DNA of 64,000 nt from an uncultured Erysipelotrichaceae bacterium (GTDB lineage Bacteria > Bacillota_I > Bacilli_A > RF39 > UBA660): contig CAOJRP010000004.1 in assembly GCA_948442015.1 (NCBI GenBank), forward strand, positions 4,665 through 68,664. The letters run 5' to 3'. The translations under genes were made by a program, and so were the position numbers. This document shows positions 44,200 through 54,091 of this stretch, one piece after another (the stretch's first letter is position 1; each line of letters begins with the position of its first letter). Below the pieces are notes generated by a model that was not told the DNA's origin, did not search any database, and saw only the letters and a program-made list of their open reading frames with translations.

Positions 44200-45834
44200 A
44201 TGGTAAGTAATATATTAACAAATGCATTGGAAATAGTAAATGGTTTTTTAAATCAGAATTATAGTAGCAAAGAATTAAAAATAATACATAATGAAATAAA
44301 TATTATTATTGGAGAAGTCTTTAAAGGATATAAATCGTTAAATATATGTTATACATATGAAGAAATGCAAGAGAGTCTTGCTACTTTAAATGAAAAAGAA
44401 TCTATTAGAAAAAATAGAGGTGTTTATTATACACCAAAAGATGTTGTTGAATTTATACTTATAAATTGTGCAAAAATGGCTTGTAATAGAATGAAACCTA
44501 ATAATATAGATATATTAGAGTTAAAAGAAATACCATATAGTACATTCTGCTATAGAAAATTAGTATATGATCCATGTTGCGGATCAGGTGCTTTTTTATT
44601 AGCAACTTTGGATTTAAAATTAAATTTATTAGATTTACACCATATTAGTGTGACGAAAAGCAAGATAAAAAAAATAGTAGAAACAATAAAAGGAAATGAT
44701 TTAAATGAAGATTCAATTATAATAACTAAAATAAGGCTTTTTATATATATATTGAATAAATATGGTGTAGAAAAAATAAGGGGGATTTCTGAAGTACTTA
44801 ATAATAATTTTGAATGTTACGATTATGTTGAAAATATTTCAATGCAAAAAAATAAATATGATATAATAATAGGAAATCCTCCATATATTGAAGATTATAA
44901 AAGTGAATCAGTTCCATTAAAAAAATATGGTAATATTTATGCAAATGTTTTGGAAAATGGATCAAAACAATTGAAACAAGGTGGGGTGCTAGGCTTTATT
45001 GTTCCATTATCTTATGTTTCAACGCCAAGAATGCAGAGTATTCGTAATGAGTTGTATAAAAATATTCAAGAACAATATATTTTGAGTTATGCAGATAGAC
45101 CAGATTGTTTGTTTACTTTAGTCCATCAAAAGTTGTCTATTGTGCTTGGAAAAAACAAGAAAGGAACAAAAAAAATATATACTAGCAACTTTAAATATTG
45201 GTATAGAGATGAAAGAAGAGAATTATTTAACAATTCTAAAGTAGTAGAAAATAAAGATATTAAAGATGAGTATATTCCAAAACTAGGAACAAATACTGAT
45301 ATAAGTATATTTAAAAAAATTGAAAGACAAAAATACCCAATAATTTGTTTGATGGAAAATGGAAATAACTATATCTATTTGAATATGAGAGCAACATTTT
45401 GGATTAAAGCATTTTTGAATGAGCACACTAATTCTGAATATAAGGTTTTTAAATGTGAAACAAAAGATAAAGCAAGTTATTGTATGTGTATACTTAATTC
45501 ATCATTATTTTGGTGGTATTGGATTTGCGTTTCTGATTGTTGGCACATAACAAAAAAAGAATTAATAGGTTTTAAGGTACCTAAAATAAATGATTTTTCT
45601 GAAGTAAATAAATTGGCTCAGAAGCTAGAAAGACAGTTAGAAAAGACAAAAATATATGTTGGAACAAAACAAACTAAGTATGAGTATAAGCATAAATTAT
45701 GTATAAAAACTATTCATCAGATAGATGATTATATTAATAAGTTATTTGGATTGACAGATGAGGAAAGTTTGTATATAAAAAATTTTGCTTATAGATATAG
45801 AATAGGTGGAGGTACAGAAGATGAATGTAATTGA
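44200..45834 (+). CDS. N6-adenine DNA methyltransferase (gamma class, Eco57I/TaqI-like)
   Basis: GVYYTPKDVVEFI, motif I VYDPCCGSGAFLL, motif IV IIIGNPPYI, followed by a long C-terminal target-recognition region. Confidence 0.8.
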   Translation: MVSNILTNALEIVNGFLNQNYSSKELKIIHNEINIIIGEVFKGYKSLNICYTYEEMQESLATLNEKESIRKNRGVYYTPKDVVEFILINCAKMACNRMKPNNIDILELKEIPYSTFCYRKLVYDPCCGSGAFLLATLDLKLNLLDLHHISVTKSKIKKIVETIKGNDLNEDSIIITKIRLFIYILNKYGVEKIRGISEVLNNNFECYDYVENISMQKNKYDIIIGNPPYIEDYKSESVPLKKYGNIYANVLENGSKQLKQGGVLGFIVPLSYVSTPRMQSIRNELYKNIQEQYILSYADRPDCLFTLVHQKLSIVLGKNKKGTKKIYTSNFKYWYRDERRELFNNSKVVENKDIKDEYIPKLGTNTDISIFKKIERQKYPIICLMENGNNYIYLNMRATFWIKAFLNEHTNSEYKVFKCETKDKASYCMCILNSSLFWWYWICVSDCWHITKKELIGFKVPKINDFSEVNKLAQKLERQLEKTKIYVGTKQTKYEYKHKLCIKTIHQIDDYINKLFGLTDEESLYIKNFAYRYRIGGGTEDECN

Positions 45835-46921
45835 TTTATTCGCAGGCTGTGGTGGATTATCTTTAGGATTTATAAAAGATGGTTATACTATAAAAAAAGC
45901 TGTGGAAGTTAATTCTAAAATAGCAAATACCTATAAATTAAACCACCCTGAAGTTGATGTTATTGTAGATGATATAAAAAATATTGATCAATCAGGAGTC
46001 TTTAACATAGGAGATGCTGATGTTATAATAGGTGGACCGCCATGTCAAGGATTCTCAATGGCTGGAGCAAGGATTAGAAATGGTTTTATTGATGACCAAA
46101 GAAACTATTTATTCAAACATTATTTTAATATTGTAAAAGTTGTTAAGCCTAAGGCTTTTGTTATAGAAAATGTTAAAGGAATTATAACAATGCAAGGCGG
46201 GAAAATATTTAAGGAAATTTTAAAAATATTTTCTGACTCTGACATTTTGGATGGTGAACCTTATGAATTACATTATAAAATTGTAAAAGCTATTGATTTT
46301 GGAATACCACAAAAAAGGGAAAGAGTGATAATTATAGGAACTAAAAAGTTTGGTGTGAATTTTGATGAAATGTGGGAACATACAAAAAAAGATATCATAA
46401 AAGATTATCCTCATTATTTTGAAAAAACGACAGTCGAAGATGCTATAGGAAACTTAGGTGAAACTACAGATGATGGAATTATAAACAATCCTACTCCTAT
46501 TACAAATTATCAAAAATATTTAGCAACTAATGCTGATATTTTAACTAATCACACAAAGACTAAGCATTCTAAATTAGCAATCGATAGAATGAAACGTATC
46601 GATAATGGGAAAAATTTTACATCATTAGATGAAGAAATAAATTCAATTCATAGTGGTGCATATGGAAGGTTGTGTTGGAAAGAACAAGCTCCAACGATTA
46701 CAACAAGATTTGACACACCTGCAGGTGGAAGGTTTATTCATCCAATAGAGAATAGAACTCTTTCTCCAAGAGAGGCAGCAAGAATACAAAGTTTTCCTGA
46801 TGATTTTATATTTTATGGTAATAAAACTTCAGTTTGTAAACAAATAGGTAATGCGGTTCCTCCGAAAATATCCTACTTTTTAGCTCGTTTAATAAATAAA
46901 ATATTAGAATTGGAGGATTAG
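45821..46921 (+). CDS. DNA (cytosine-5)-methyltransferase
   Basis: All canonical motifs in order: DLFAGCGGLSLGF (I), GGPPCQGFS (IV), ENV (VI), QKRERVIIIG (VIII), LSPREAARIQSFPDDF (IX), QIGNAVPP (X). ATG 45821 is 8 nt after GGTGGAGG and overlaps the upstream stop. Confidence 0.9.
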   Translation: MNVIDLFAGCGGLSLGFIKDGYTIKKAVEVNSKIANTYKLNHPEVDVIVDDIKNIDQSGVFNIGDADVIIGGPPCQGFSMAGARIRNGFIDDQRNYLFKHYFNIVKVVKPKAFVIENVKGIITMQGGKIFKEILKIFSDSDILDGEPYELHYKIVKAIDFGIPQKRERVIIIGTKKFGVNFDEMWEHTKKDIIKDYPHYFEKTTVEDAIGNLGETTDDGIINNPTPITNYQKYLATNADILTNHTKTKHSKLAIDRMKRIDNGKNFTSLDEEINSIHSGAYGRLCWKEQAPTITTRFDTPAGGRFIHPIENRTLSPREAARIQSFPDDFIFYGNKTSVCKQIGNAVPPKISYFLARLINKILELED

Positions 46922-46924
46922 AAA

Positions 46925-48886
46925 ATGAATATTATTTTACAAAATAAATTAACAGAATTACAGAATGCAGAAGATTTCGAATGTTGGTATTTGGTTAAGC
47001 AACCTACAGCGTTTGATAATCTTTGCTATTTGGTCTCTTTTTTAAAAGCATTTAAAGAAGAAAGAGTATCAGGAAATTTAGAAGAGTTTATAGGAACTAG
47101 AATTGCCGAAATTAATAAAATTAAAACAGATGTTGAAATTTCTAACAATTATAGAGCTTTACGTGTAGCAGCTTATTTTGGATTAATCACAATGACTTCA
47201 ACAAGATATGAAGATTCTATTATTACTGAAACATTTGAAGAAATAAATAGAAGATGTAATGGAGAATTTGAAAAGAAAGATTTATACATTGATATAATAC
47301 AAAGACAAATTGAAAAGATGTATATTAGTTCTTTAATAGATGAAGAAAGTAAAGGAGTAAGACAAAGCTATAGATTATACCCAGTTATGTTATTATATAA
47401 AATACTAGTTGAATTAGGGCGTACAACTGGAAAATATATTATAAGTATGGCTGAATACAGATATTTAGTTGCTACTACAAAAGTTTTTGAAGATTTTTTA
47501 GATACTTTACTATTAATTAAGTTATTAAGAGAAGATAGTGAAAGTGTATCCCAATTTGAACAATATAGAACAAAATTTGATAATAGATTGATTAGAGCAT
47601 TAAGACAGCTACCAACTTTAATAGTGGAGCAAGAATCTATTACATTACATCCAGATTTTGTTAACGAAGTAGCCGAAAAAGTCTTTATTTTTGAGGAAAA
47701 TCCAAATATTTTTACAACAGAAGATTATTTTTCATTTTTAGGATCAACAAAATCATTATTTGAACTAAAGGATGGTAAAGCTAAAACGAGTATATTAGAA
47801 AATGTAGGCGAGGTAACGAATTATGATAATATATCTCGTATTGCAAATGGTACAAATATACTATTATATGGTGTTCCAGGTTCTGGGAAGAGTTGGACTA
47901 TAGAACACGAATATTGTAAGAAAGGGAGTAAAGTAGAGCGTTTAGTTTTCCATCCAGACTACACTTATTCCGACTTTATAGGACAAATATTACCTAACGT
48001 TGCAGAAGATGGGCAAGTAAGTTATAAATTTACGCCAGGACCATTTACTACAATTTTAAGAGATGCTTATCTTAATCCAGATAAAGAATATATTCTTATT
48101 ATTGAAGAAATTAATCGCGGTAATGCACCTGCAATATTTGGAGAGGTATTTCAGTTATTAGACAGAAAGATTGAAAACACTCAAAATAATGATAATTTTC
48201 CTGCTGGAACAAGTGAATATGGAATTACTAATGAAAATATTGCGAAAATAGTGTATGGAGATGCAAGACACAAAGTACGTATCCCGTCTAACTTATCTAT
48301 AATAGGAACAATGAATACATCTGATCAAAATGTATTTACTTTAGATACTGCCTTTCAGCGTAGATGGGAAATGAGACTTATAGAAAATAGTTTTGAATAT
48401 GTTGATAGAAAATTAGCAGATGCTATAATATTTGATACAGGAGTAACATGGCAGACATTTTGCACAGAAATTAATAAAATTATAGTAGGAAATAGTGCAA
48501 GAATGACATCGACAGAAGATAAACGTTTAGGCATATATTTTGTTCATTTTCAAGACTTGATATTTGATGATAAAATGGGAAAATTATCAGAAGGTGTTTA
48601 TGAAAAACTATGTAAAAAAGAGGAAAATCACAATATTACGGAGCAAGAAAATCATAGACTTATAGAAATAAGAAATGCAATGAAACAAAATAGAAAGTTT
48701 CCAGAAAAAGTAATAAAATACTTATGGGACGATGCATTTAAATTTAATAGAGAAATTGTCTTTGATACAGCAGAATATCAAAGCCTAGAACAAGTAATTA
48801 GAAAATTTATGTATTCTGAAGGTATTGAGCGTTTTGCAATGTTTAAAGATAATGTCAAAGATGCATTTACTCATTTAGAAGATTAA
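46925..48886 (+). CDS. McrB-like AAA+ GTPase subunit (LlaJI.R1/YdiS-like) with about 300-aa uncharacterised N-terminal domain
   Basis: Walker A LLYGVPGSGKSW. McrB signature ILIIEEINRGNAPAIFGEVFQLLDR. IIGTMNTSDQNVFTLDTAFQRRW. Confidence 0.8.
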   Translation: MNIILQNKLTELQNAEDFECWYLVKQPTAFDNLCYLVSFLKAFKEERVSGNLEEFIGTRIAEINKIKTDVEISNNYRALRVAAYFGLITMTSTRYEDSIITETFEEINRRCNGEFEKKDLYIDIIQRQIEKMYISSLIDEESKGVRQSYRLYPVMLLYKILVELGRTTGKYIISMAEYRYLVATTKVFEDFLDTLLLIKLLREDSESVSQFEQYRTKFDNRLIRALRQLPTLIVEQESITLHPDFVNEVAEKVFIFEENPNIFTTEDYFSFLGSTKSLFELKDGKAKTSILENVGEVTNYDNISRIANGTNILLYGVPGSGKSWTIEHEYCKKGSKVERLVFHPDYTYSDFIGQILPNVAEDGQVSYKFTPGPFTTILRDAYLNPDKEYILIIEEINRGNAPAIFGEVFQLLDRKIENTQNNDNFPAGTSEYGITNENIAKIVYGDARHKVRIPSNLSIIGTMNTSDQNVFTLDTAFQRRWEMRLIENSFEYVDRKLADAIIFDTGVTWQTFCTEINKIIVGNSARMTSTEDKRLGIYFVHFQDLIFDDKMGKLSEGVYEKLCKKEENHNITEQENHRLIEIRNAMKQNRKFPEKVIKYLWDDAFKFNREIVFDTAEYQSLEQVIRKFMYSEGIERFAMFKDNVKDAFTHLED

Positions 48887-48899
48887 GGGGTGATTGTGT

Positions 48900-50207
48900 A
48901 TGGATATAGACTCAGTATTATGTAAAGTAATGATTGATGATGATATAACAAATCATTGCCACATTAATTCAAATGAAGATGGTGACCGTTTTGTAGGAAT
49001 TAAAGTAGACTCTGATAATGCGATGGTCTTTTTCCCTATCGGTTACCAATTACCAGAAAAAGATATTGAAATAAGATCAGATATTAAACATTTGATACAA
49101 GTTTTATCTGAATTTACAACAAATGAAGATAGATTACTATCTATAAATAAATTTGCAGCGCCTCAATCAGTAGATTTTCCTATAAATGCTTATAAAAGTG
49201 TTATAGAATATTATTTTGCAATAGGTGGTAAATATTATACTGAAGTTGACCCAATTTATAAAACAAGTGTTAAAGGAAAGCAAAATTGGTCAAAAACTGT
49301 AAAAGATCAAGTACCTTTGGTACAACAAAAAAATGGTGTTAGCTCATTTATTTATAAAGAATTTACTGTAAGAGATGTTACACCTAATAATAATAAACAG
49401 ATTACTCAAATTAATCGTTTTTGTGTTTATGAGGCTTTTAAAAAACTTGGATGGCTATATGTTAACTATATGCCTGAACAACCTGGACCACATCCAAATA
49501 TTAAAGAGTCCGTTAGAATTTTAAGTGATAAATTAGGAAATACTAATGATGATAAAAAAAGATCTTTGTTTCAAGCAATGAAAAATATGCTTTTATATAT
49601 GGATGAAAAGACATCTGATAATCAATTTTATTTTGGGACAGATGATTTTGATCGCGTGTGGGAGAAACTAATAGATAGAGCGTTTGGGGAAAAAGATAAA
49701 GAAAAATACTTTCCTCGTTCACGTTGGTTACTTGATCATGGAAAATATAAAGAAAAAAGGCCTCTTATACCAGACACAATAATGATTTATAATGGCAAAT
49801 ACTATATACTTGATGCAAAATGTTATAAATATGGTTGTACTGGAATACCAGATCATTTGCCAAATGGTTCATCAATAAATAAACAAATTACTTATGGAGA
49901 ATATTTAGAAAAAATTAAAAATATTAGTAATGATTCGTTATTTAATGCATTTATAATGCCATTTAATATGTCAAAAAATTTTTTTGGAATAGACTCGTTT
50001 GTAGGAAATATAGGAGAAGCTATTGGCGACTGGCGAGAGAATAAAAAGAACTATGAAAGAATACAAGGTATAGTTATGGATACAAGGCATTTAATGTATC
50101 ATTACTCGGGAAAACCAATAAAAGAAAAAATAGCATTAGCTGAATGCATAGAAATAGTTTTAAGCCGAGAAAACGTACCAAAGATAAAGGCAAAAAAATC
50201 TGCATGA
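48900..50207 (+). CDS. LlaJI-R2/McrC-like restriction endonuclease subunit (PD-(D/E)xK)
   Basis: Directly follows the McrB-like gene. Candidate catalytic core PDTIMIYNGKYYILDAKCYKY (D ... D-A-K) near the C-terminus. Confidence 0.6.
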   Translation: MDIDSVLCKVMIDDDITNHCHINSNEDGDRFVGIKVDSDNAMVFFPIGYQLPEKDIEIRSDIKHLIQVLSEFTTNEDRLLSINKFAAPQSVDFPINAYKSVIEYYFAIGGKYYTEVDPIYKTSVKGKQNWSKTVKDQVPLVQQKNGVSSFIYKEFTVRDVTPNNNKQITQINRFCVYEAFKKLGWLYVNYMPEQPGPHPNIKESVRILSDKLGNTNDDKKRSLFQAMKNMLLYMDEKTSDNQFYFGTDDFDRVWEKLIDRAFGEKDKEKYFPRSRWLLDHGKYKEKRPLIPDTIMIYNGKYYILDAKCYKYGCTGIPDHLPNGSSINKQITYGEYLEKIKNISNDSLFNAFIMPFNMSKNFFGIDSFVGNIGEAIGDWRENKKNYERIQGIVMDTRHLMYHYSGKPIKEKIALAECIEIVLSRENVPKIKAKKSA

Positions 50208-50222
50208 AAAATTCATGCAGAT
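50198..50222. terminator. bidirectional terminator between the R-M operon and the convergent CGNR gene
   Basis: ATCTGCATGAA-aaa-TTCATGCAGAT, perfect 11-bp stem flanked by A7 and T7. Confidence 0.7.
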
Positions 50223-50232
50223 TTTTTTGTAC

Positions 50233-51399
50233 TTAACTTACTTCTTTTTTCCTTTTTCTGTATCTATCTTGTACTACACGATTTCGACATTCCTCACTAC
50301 AGTATTTTTTCTTAGTTGATGTTGTTTTTACCAAAAACCATTTATTGCATTTAGGATTAGAACATTGTCGATATAATTCTAAATTTGGATCAAGGTAAAA
50401 AATAGAAAAATAAAGAGCACTTAACAAATCATCAATTACCCATGATGGACTTTTTTTATTTGAATCGTAAAAAGGACGTATTCTAGTTAAATTTGAATTA
50501 ATTTCTTCTCCTATTATATAATTAGCTACTTCAATTATTGTTTCTTTAAACTTATTATCAATTTTATTTAAGTCTAACAAAACATTGCTTTCGTCGGCTA
50601 AAAAGTTTTCTAAAGATTGACATTTTTCCAATGAATGGAATAATACATCAGATATTTTTCTTTCTATATCATTTTCAAAATCTGTATTTACATATAGATG
50701 CAAAATATTCTTAAAAATTCCAACATTAGTACTACTCATATAACTATTATAATGAGTGATATTTACTTCATAATTAGGAAAAATAGTATCTTCTTCAATA
50801 GTAAACACATCGGAGTTAAATTCTTGCTGCTGTCTTTTAATCGATAAAGTTCCGCCAGTAGATTTTAATAAATCGACATAATTATAATGATGGGTATTAT
50901 AATTCTCTTTCATAAGCTCAGTTTTAAATTCTATGGGTGCGTAGAACAATAATTTAATTATACTTGAAACTATTTTATAATAATTCTTTTTTATAGAAGA
51001 AACATCAGACATTAGTTCAATGGTTAATTTTAGTCGAGTTAGAATGTTTGTTAGTACTTCTTTTTTTATTTTCTCGTAGTTATTACATTCGACTGGAAAA
51101 ATGAATCCATTTTCATTCACAAATTTAATTAAGTCTTTTTCATTTTTTTCACATAATGAAATAAAAATTCCAAGAATATTAGTTTCTTCTATTGAACCAT
51201 TACTCGCAATTCTAACTAATCCTTTTTTAGGAGCATATGCTAAAGTTATTAATTTATTTATATTAGAAGTTAATTTGTATTCATAGATTGGGTCTTTATT
51301 GGGATTTGTATGAATTACATCTGTTACCATATCACATGAATAAGTTTTAAATTTAAATAAAGCATTATTTTCAAAAAAATTCTCTTTTATTTCATTCAT
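50233..51399 (-). CDS. CGNR zinc-finger protein with about 330-aa uncharacterised N-terminal domain
   Basis: The C-terminus CSNPKCNKWFLVKTTSTKKKYCSEECRNRVVQDRYRKRKK fits the CGNR pattern (C-x4-C ... F ... (R/K)(R/K).YCS..C.NR ... YR.R). AAGGAGGATTTT RBS on the minus strand. Confidence 0.65.
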   Translation of the reverse strand: MNEIKENFFENNALFKFKTYSCDMVTDVIHTNPNKDPIYEYKLTSNINKLITLAYAPKKGLVRIASNGSIEETNILGIFISLCEKNEKDLIKFVNENGFIFPVECNNYEKIKKEVLTNILTRLKLTIELMSDVSSIKKNYYKIVSSIIKLLFYAPIEFKTELMKENYNTHHYNYVDLLKSTGGTLSIKRQQQEFNSDVFTIEEDTIFPNYEVNITHYNSYMSSTNVGIFKNILHLYVNTDFENDIERKISDVLFHSLEKCQSLENFLADESNVLLDLNKIDNKFKETIIEVANYIIGEEINSNLTRIRPFYDSNKKSPSWVIDDLLSALYFSIFYLDPNLELYRQCSNPKCNKWFLVKTTSTKKKYCSEECRNRVVQDRYRKRKKEVS

Positions 51400-51835
51400 T
51401 TTACTAAAATCCTCCTTGTAAAAGTTAGTAGACTAACTATGTTTGTTTAAATAATCCTAAAATTCGTTATGTAAAAAAATACCTAATATATATATTATAA
51501 TATAATTATATATATAACACAATCATTATATGCATAACTAATTTTACAATGTTATGTATTTTTTGATGATCTTCAATTACTATCTTTTTCTATATATAAT
51601 TTTGTTAGTGATTAAGGGAAATTAGAATCTTAATCCAAAAATATTATTAGATGCCTGATTTGCAATAGGGCAGATGGATACGATTAAAAGCAATTAATTA
51701 TGTAAAATGCTTAAATTAGTACCCTCTCTTTATTGTACCTTAAATCAGCATTAAGAGTTTGTGTACTAATAGAATAGAAACTTTTTTCTTTCCTTCTGCT
51801 CTTCAAAAAAGGACAAGAAGAAGGAGAATATTTTT

Positions 51836-52369
51836 ATGAAAAGTCATAAAACACCACAAAAAGAACGTGGATCTTACACTTACCATTTTAATAATGGAAC
51901 AAAGGTAACAATCAAACCAGGAGAGGAAGGAGTAACAGAAAAAATTATCAAGAAACTTCATTCTTTAGATGATTCAGAGATTTATTACAATTTTAAAAAT
52001 TGGCACAGACTAATATCTAAACAGGAAAAACAAGATATTAAAGAATGGGAAAAAAAGCACCCAGGAGAAAAATATACAGAAGTTTGGAACTTGTCACTAG
52101 ATTCTATATTTGAAGATGATGGAAATCAAGATAAGTGTATTTTACTTTCAAACAATATATCTATAAATGATGAAGTATCAGATGAAGTAGATGAGCTAAG
52201 AACAATTGTTTCAAAAATGACAGAACGTCAAAAACAAATTTATAAATTTCATTTTTTAGAAGGTTATTCACTTACTGAAATAGCAGATATTTTTAATCTT
52301 TCTATTTCAGTAGTACATAAGCATAAAGAAAAAATTCTTAAATTTATTAAAGAAAATTTTAAAAAATAG
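51836..52369 (+). CDS. sigma-70 region-4-like DNA-binding protein of the type carried by Clostridial ICEs and conjugative transposons
   Basis: C-terminal MTERQKQIYKFHFLEGYSLTEIADIFNLSISVVHKHKEKILKFIKE (region 4 HTH). The N-terminal Y.Y.F.NG.KVTIKPGEEGVTEKIIKKLHSLDDSE resembles the conserved start of that family. Confidence 0.6.
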   Translation: MKSHKTPQKERGSYTYHFNNGTKVTIKPGEEGVTEKIIKKLHSLDDSEIYYNFKNWHRLISKQEKQDIKEWEKKHPGEKYTEVWNLSLDSIFEDDGNQDKCILLSNNISINDEVSDEVDELRTIVSKMTERQKQIYKFHFLEGYSLTEIADIFNLSISVVHKHKEKILKFIKENFKK

Positions 52370-52843
52370 TAAAAAAGTTATGAAATATTTTTGCCTAGTA
52401 CTTGTAAGAAAACTAAACTTACAAACATGAAAGAGAGGAAAAAATTATGATTAATAAGAAAATAACCAAGCTAGGGCTAAATATAAGATGGAGTTACTGT
52501 AATATATGGAAGACAAAATCAATTAATGAGGTAGTTCTTAAATTTAATGTGTCACTAATAATTTTAAAAATTGACATATTAGCAATTAAAAAAGTTATAA
52601 AGTTAATTAAAATAGTCTATAATTTTTTGATCAAAATTTTAAAAATCAAAGGTTAATAAAGATAAAAAATTTTGTAAAAAAAAGAATAAATCATTTTTAA
52701 AATTTTACTGCAATATATGATAATCATTGATTTATTATAATTTAATATTTTAAATTTTATTTGCATAATTAACTAAACTCTCAGGCTTTGTCCTGTCTTT
52801 TTTCTGTTTTATAAGGTAAAATTATTTTGAAAAGAGGGATAAT

Positions 52844-53383
52844 ATGGAACAAGAAAAGATTGGAAAATTTATATCTGAATTAAGAAAAGAAAAAAATATG
52901 ACTCAAGAAGATTTAGGAGAGCTATTGGGAGTCACTTCTAAATCAATAAGTAGGTGGGAAAACGGAATAACTATGCCTGATATTTGGGTGCTTACCTTTT
53001 TAGCTGAATACCTTAATTGTGATATCCAAGAGCTCTTAAATGGTAGGAGAAGAACAAAAGAGGAATTAATCGATTTAAAAGATACAATTGATAAATTAAT
53101 TGAATATGAAAATATTAAAGAAATTAAAAACAATCAAAAATTTAATAAATATAATTTGATTGGTTCAATTACTTTGTTACTAGCTCTTTTAAATAATGTT
53201 TTTCCTTATTTAAACTATATATTTACTCCTAATATTGCTCATTTCGTTCAAGGCGGATTATTTGGCATAAGTATATGTGCGAACTTTATTAGTGTTTATA
53301 ATCGCTCACACCAAAAAAGCTTTTGTGAAAAGAAAAAAGAAGTACTTAATAAAATAAATAAAAAGACAAAGTTAAAAAACTAA
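52844..53383 (+). CDS. XRE-family HTH protein with C-terminal membrane segments
   Basis: MTQEDLGELLGVTSKSISRWENG HTH. Two hydrophobic helices in the C-terminal half. Confidence 0.7.
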   Translation: MEQEKIGKFISELRKEKNMTQEDLGELLGVTSKSISRWENGITMPDIWVLTFLAEYLNCDIQELLNGRRRTKEELIDLKDTIDKLIEYENIKEIKNNQKFNKYNLIGSITLLLALLNNVFPYLNYIFTPNIAHFVQGGLFGISICANFISVYNRSHQKSFCEKKKEVLNKINKKTKLKN

Positions 53384-53428
53384 AATGTTTGTGCTATAAT
53401 ATTGCCATTAATAAAGGTGATGTTTATT

Positions 53429-54091
53429 ATGACCAAAATTTTAATTATTGAAGATGATTTAGTTATTGCGAATGTTTTGAAAAATCTTTTAAATGATAAC
53501 AATTATGAAGGAGTTATTTTAAAAGACTTTAGTAATTCTTTAGAAGAAATCCTTAGGGTAAATCCAGCATTAATCTTGCTTGATATAAATATTCCTTATA
53601 TTAATGGTAAAACATTACTAAAAAATTTACGAGAAAAATCTAATATTCCCGTTATAATGGTTACAAGTAAAAATTCAGAAGTCGATGAGGCTTTATCAAT
53701 AACTTATGGAGCAGATGACTATATCACAAAACCTTATAACCCTAATATTTTATTACTTCGTATTGGGGCAGTTTTAAAAAGATATAATAATAATGAAGAT
53801 ACTACTATTTATAAAGATTTAATAATCAATATTCTAAAAAGTACAATAAAAAGAGATGAAAAAGAAATTACTTTAACCAAAAATGAAATGATAATCTTTA
53901 ATTACTTAGTTAATCATCAAAATAGAATAGTTACAAGAGATGAGTTAATGACTACTTTATGGAATAACGATGAGTTTATTAATGATAATGCTCTTACTGT
54001 TAATATAAGTAGATTAAGAACTAAGTTAAAAGAAATAGGGTTACCTAATTCGATTGAAACTCGTAAAAATTTGGGGTATATTTTATTATGA
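53429..54091 (+). CDS. OmpR-family response regulator (BceR/YxdJ-like)
   Basis: ILIIEDD, LILLDINIP (phospho-acceptor Asp), MVTSK, C-terminal winged helix ...LRTKLKEIGLPNSIETRKNLGYIL. ATG 53429. Confidence 0.9.
   Translation: MTKILIIEDDLVIANVLKNLLNDNNYEGVILKDFSNSLEEILRVNPALILLDINIPYINGKTLLKNLREKSNIPVIMVTSKNSEVDEALSITYGADDYITKPYNPNILLLRIGAVLKRYNNNEDTTIYKDLIINILKSTIKRDEKEITLTKNEMIIFNYLVNHQNRIVTRDELMTTLWNNDEFINDNALTVNISRLRTKLKEIGLPNSIETRKNLGYILL

Noticed and set aside
52447-52656. 69-aa ORF in the gap after the sigma-like gene (MINKKITKLGLNIRW...)
   Set aside because: Although a purine-rich stretch precedes the ATG, the product is almost pure K/I/L/N low-complexity sequence with no hydrophobic or structural pattern. 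It sits in promoter-like AT-rich DNA and is most likely non-coding. It cannot be excluded without expression data.
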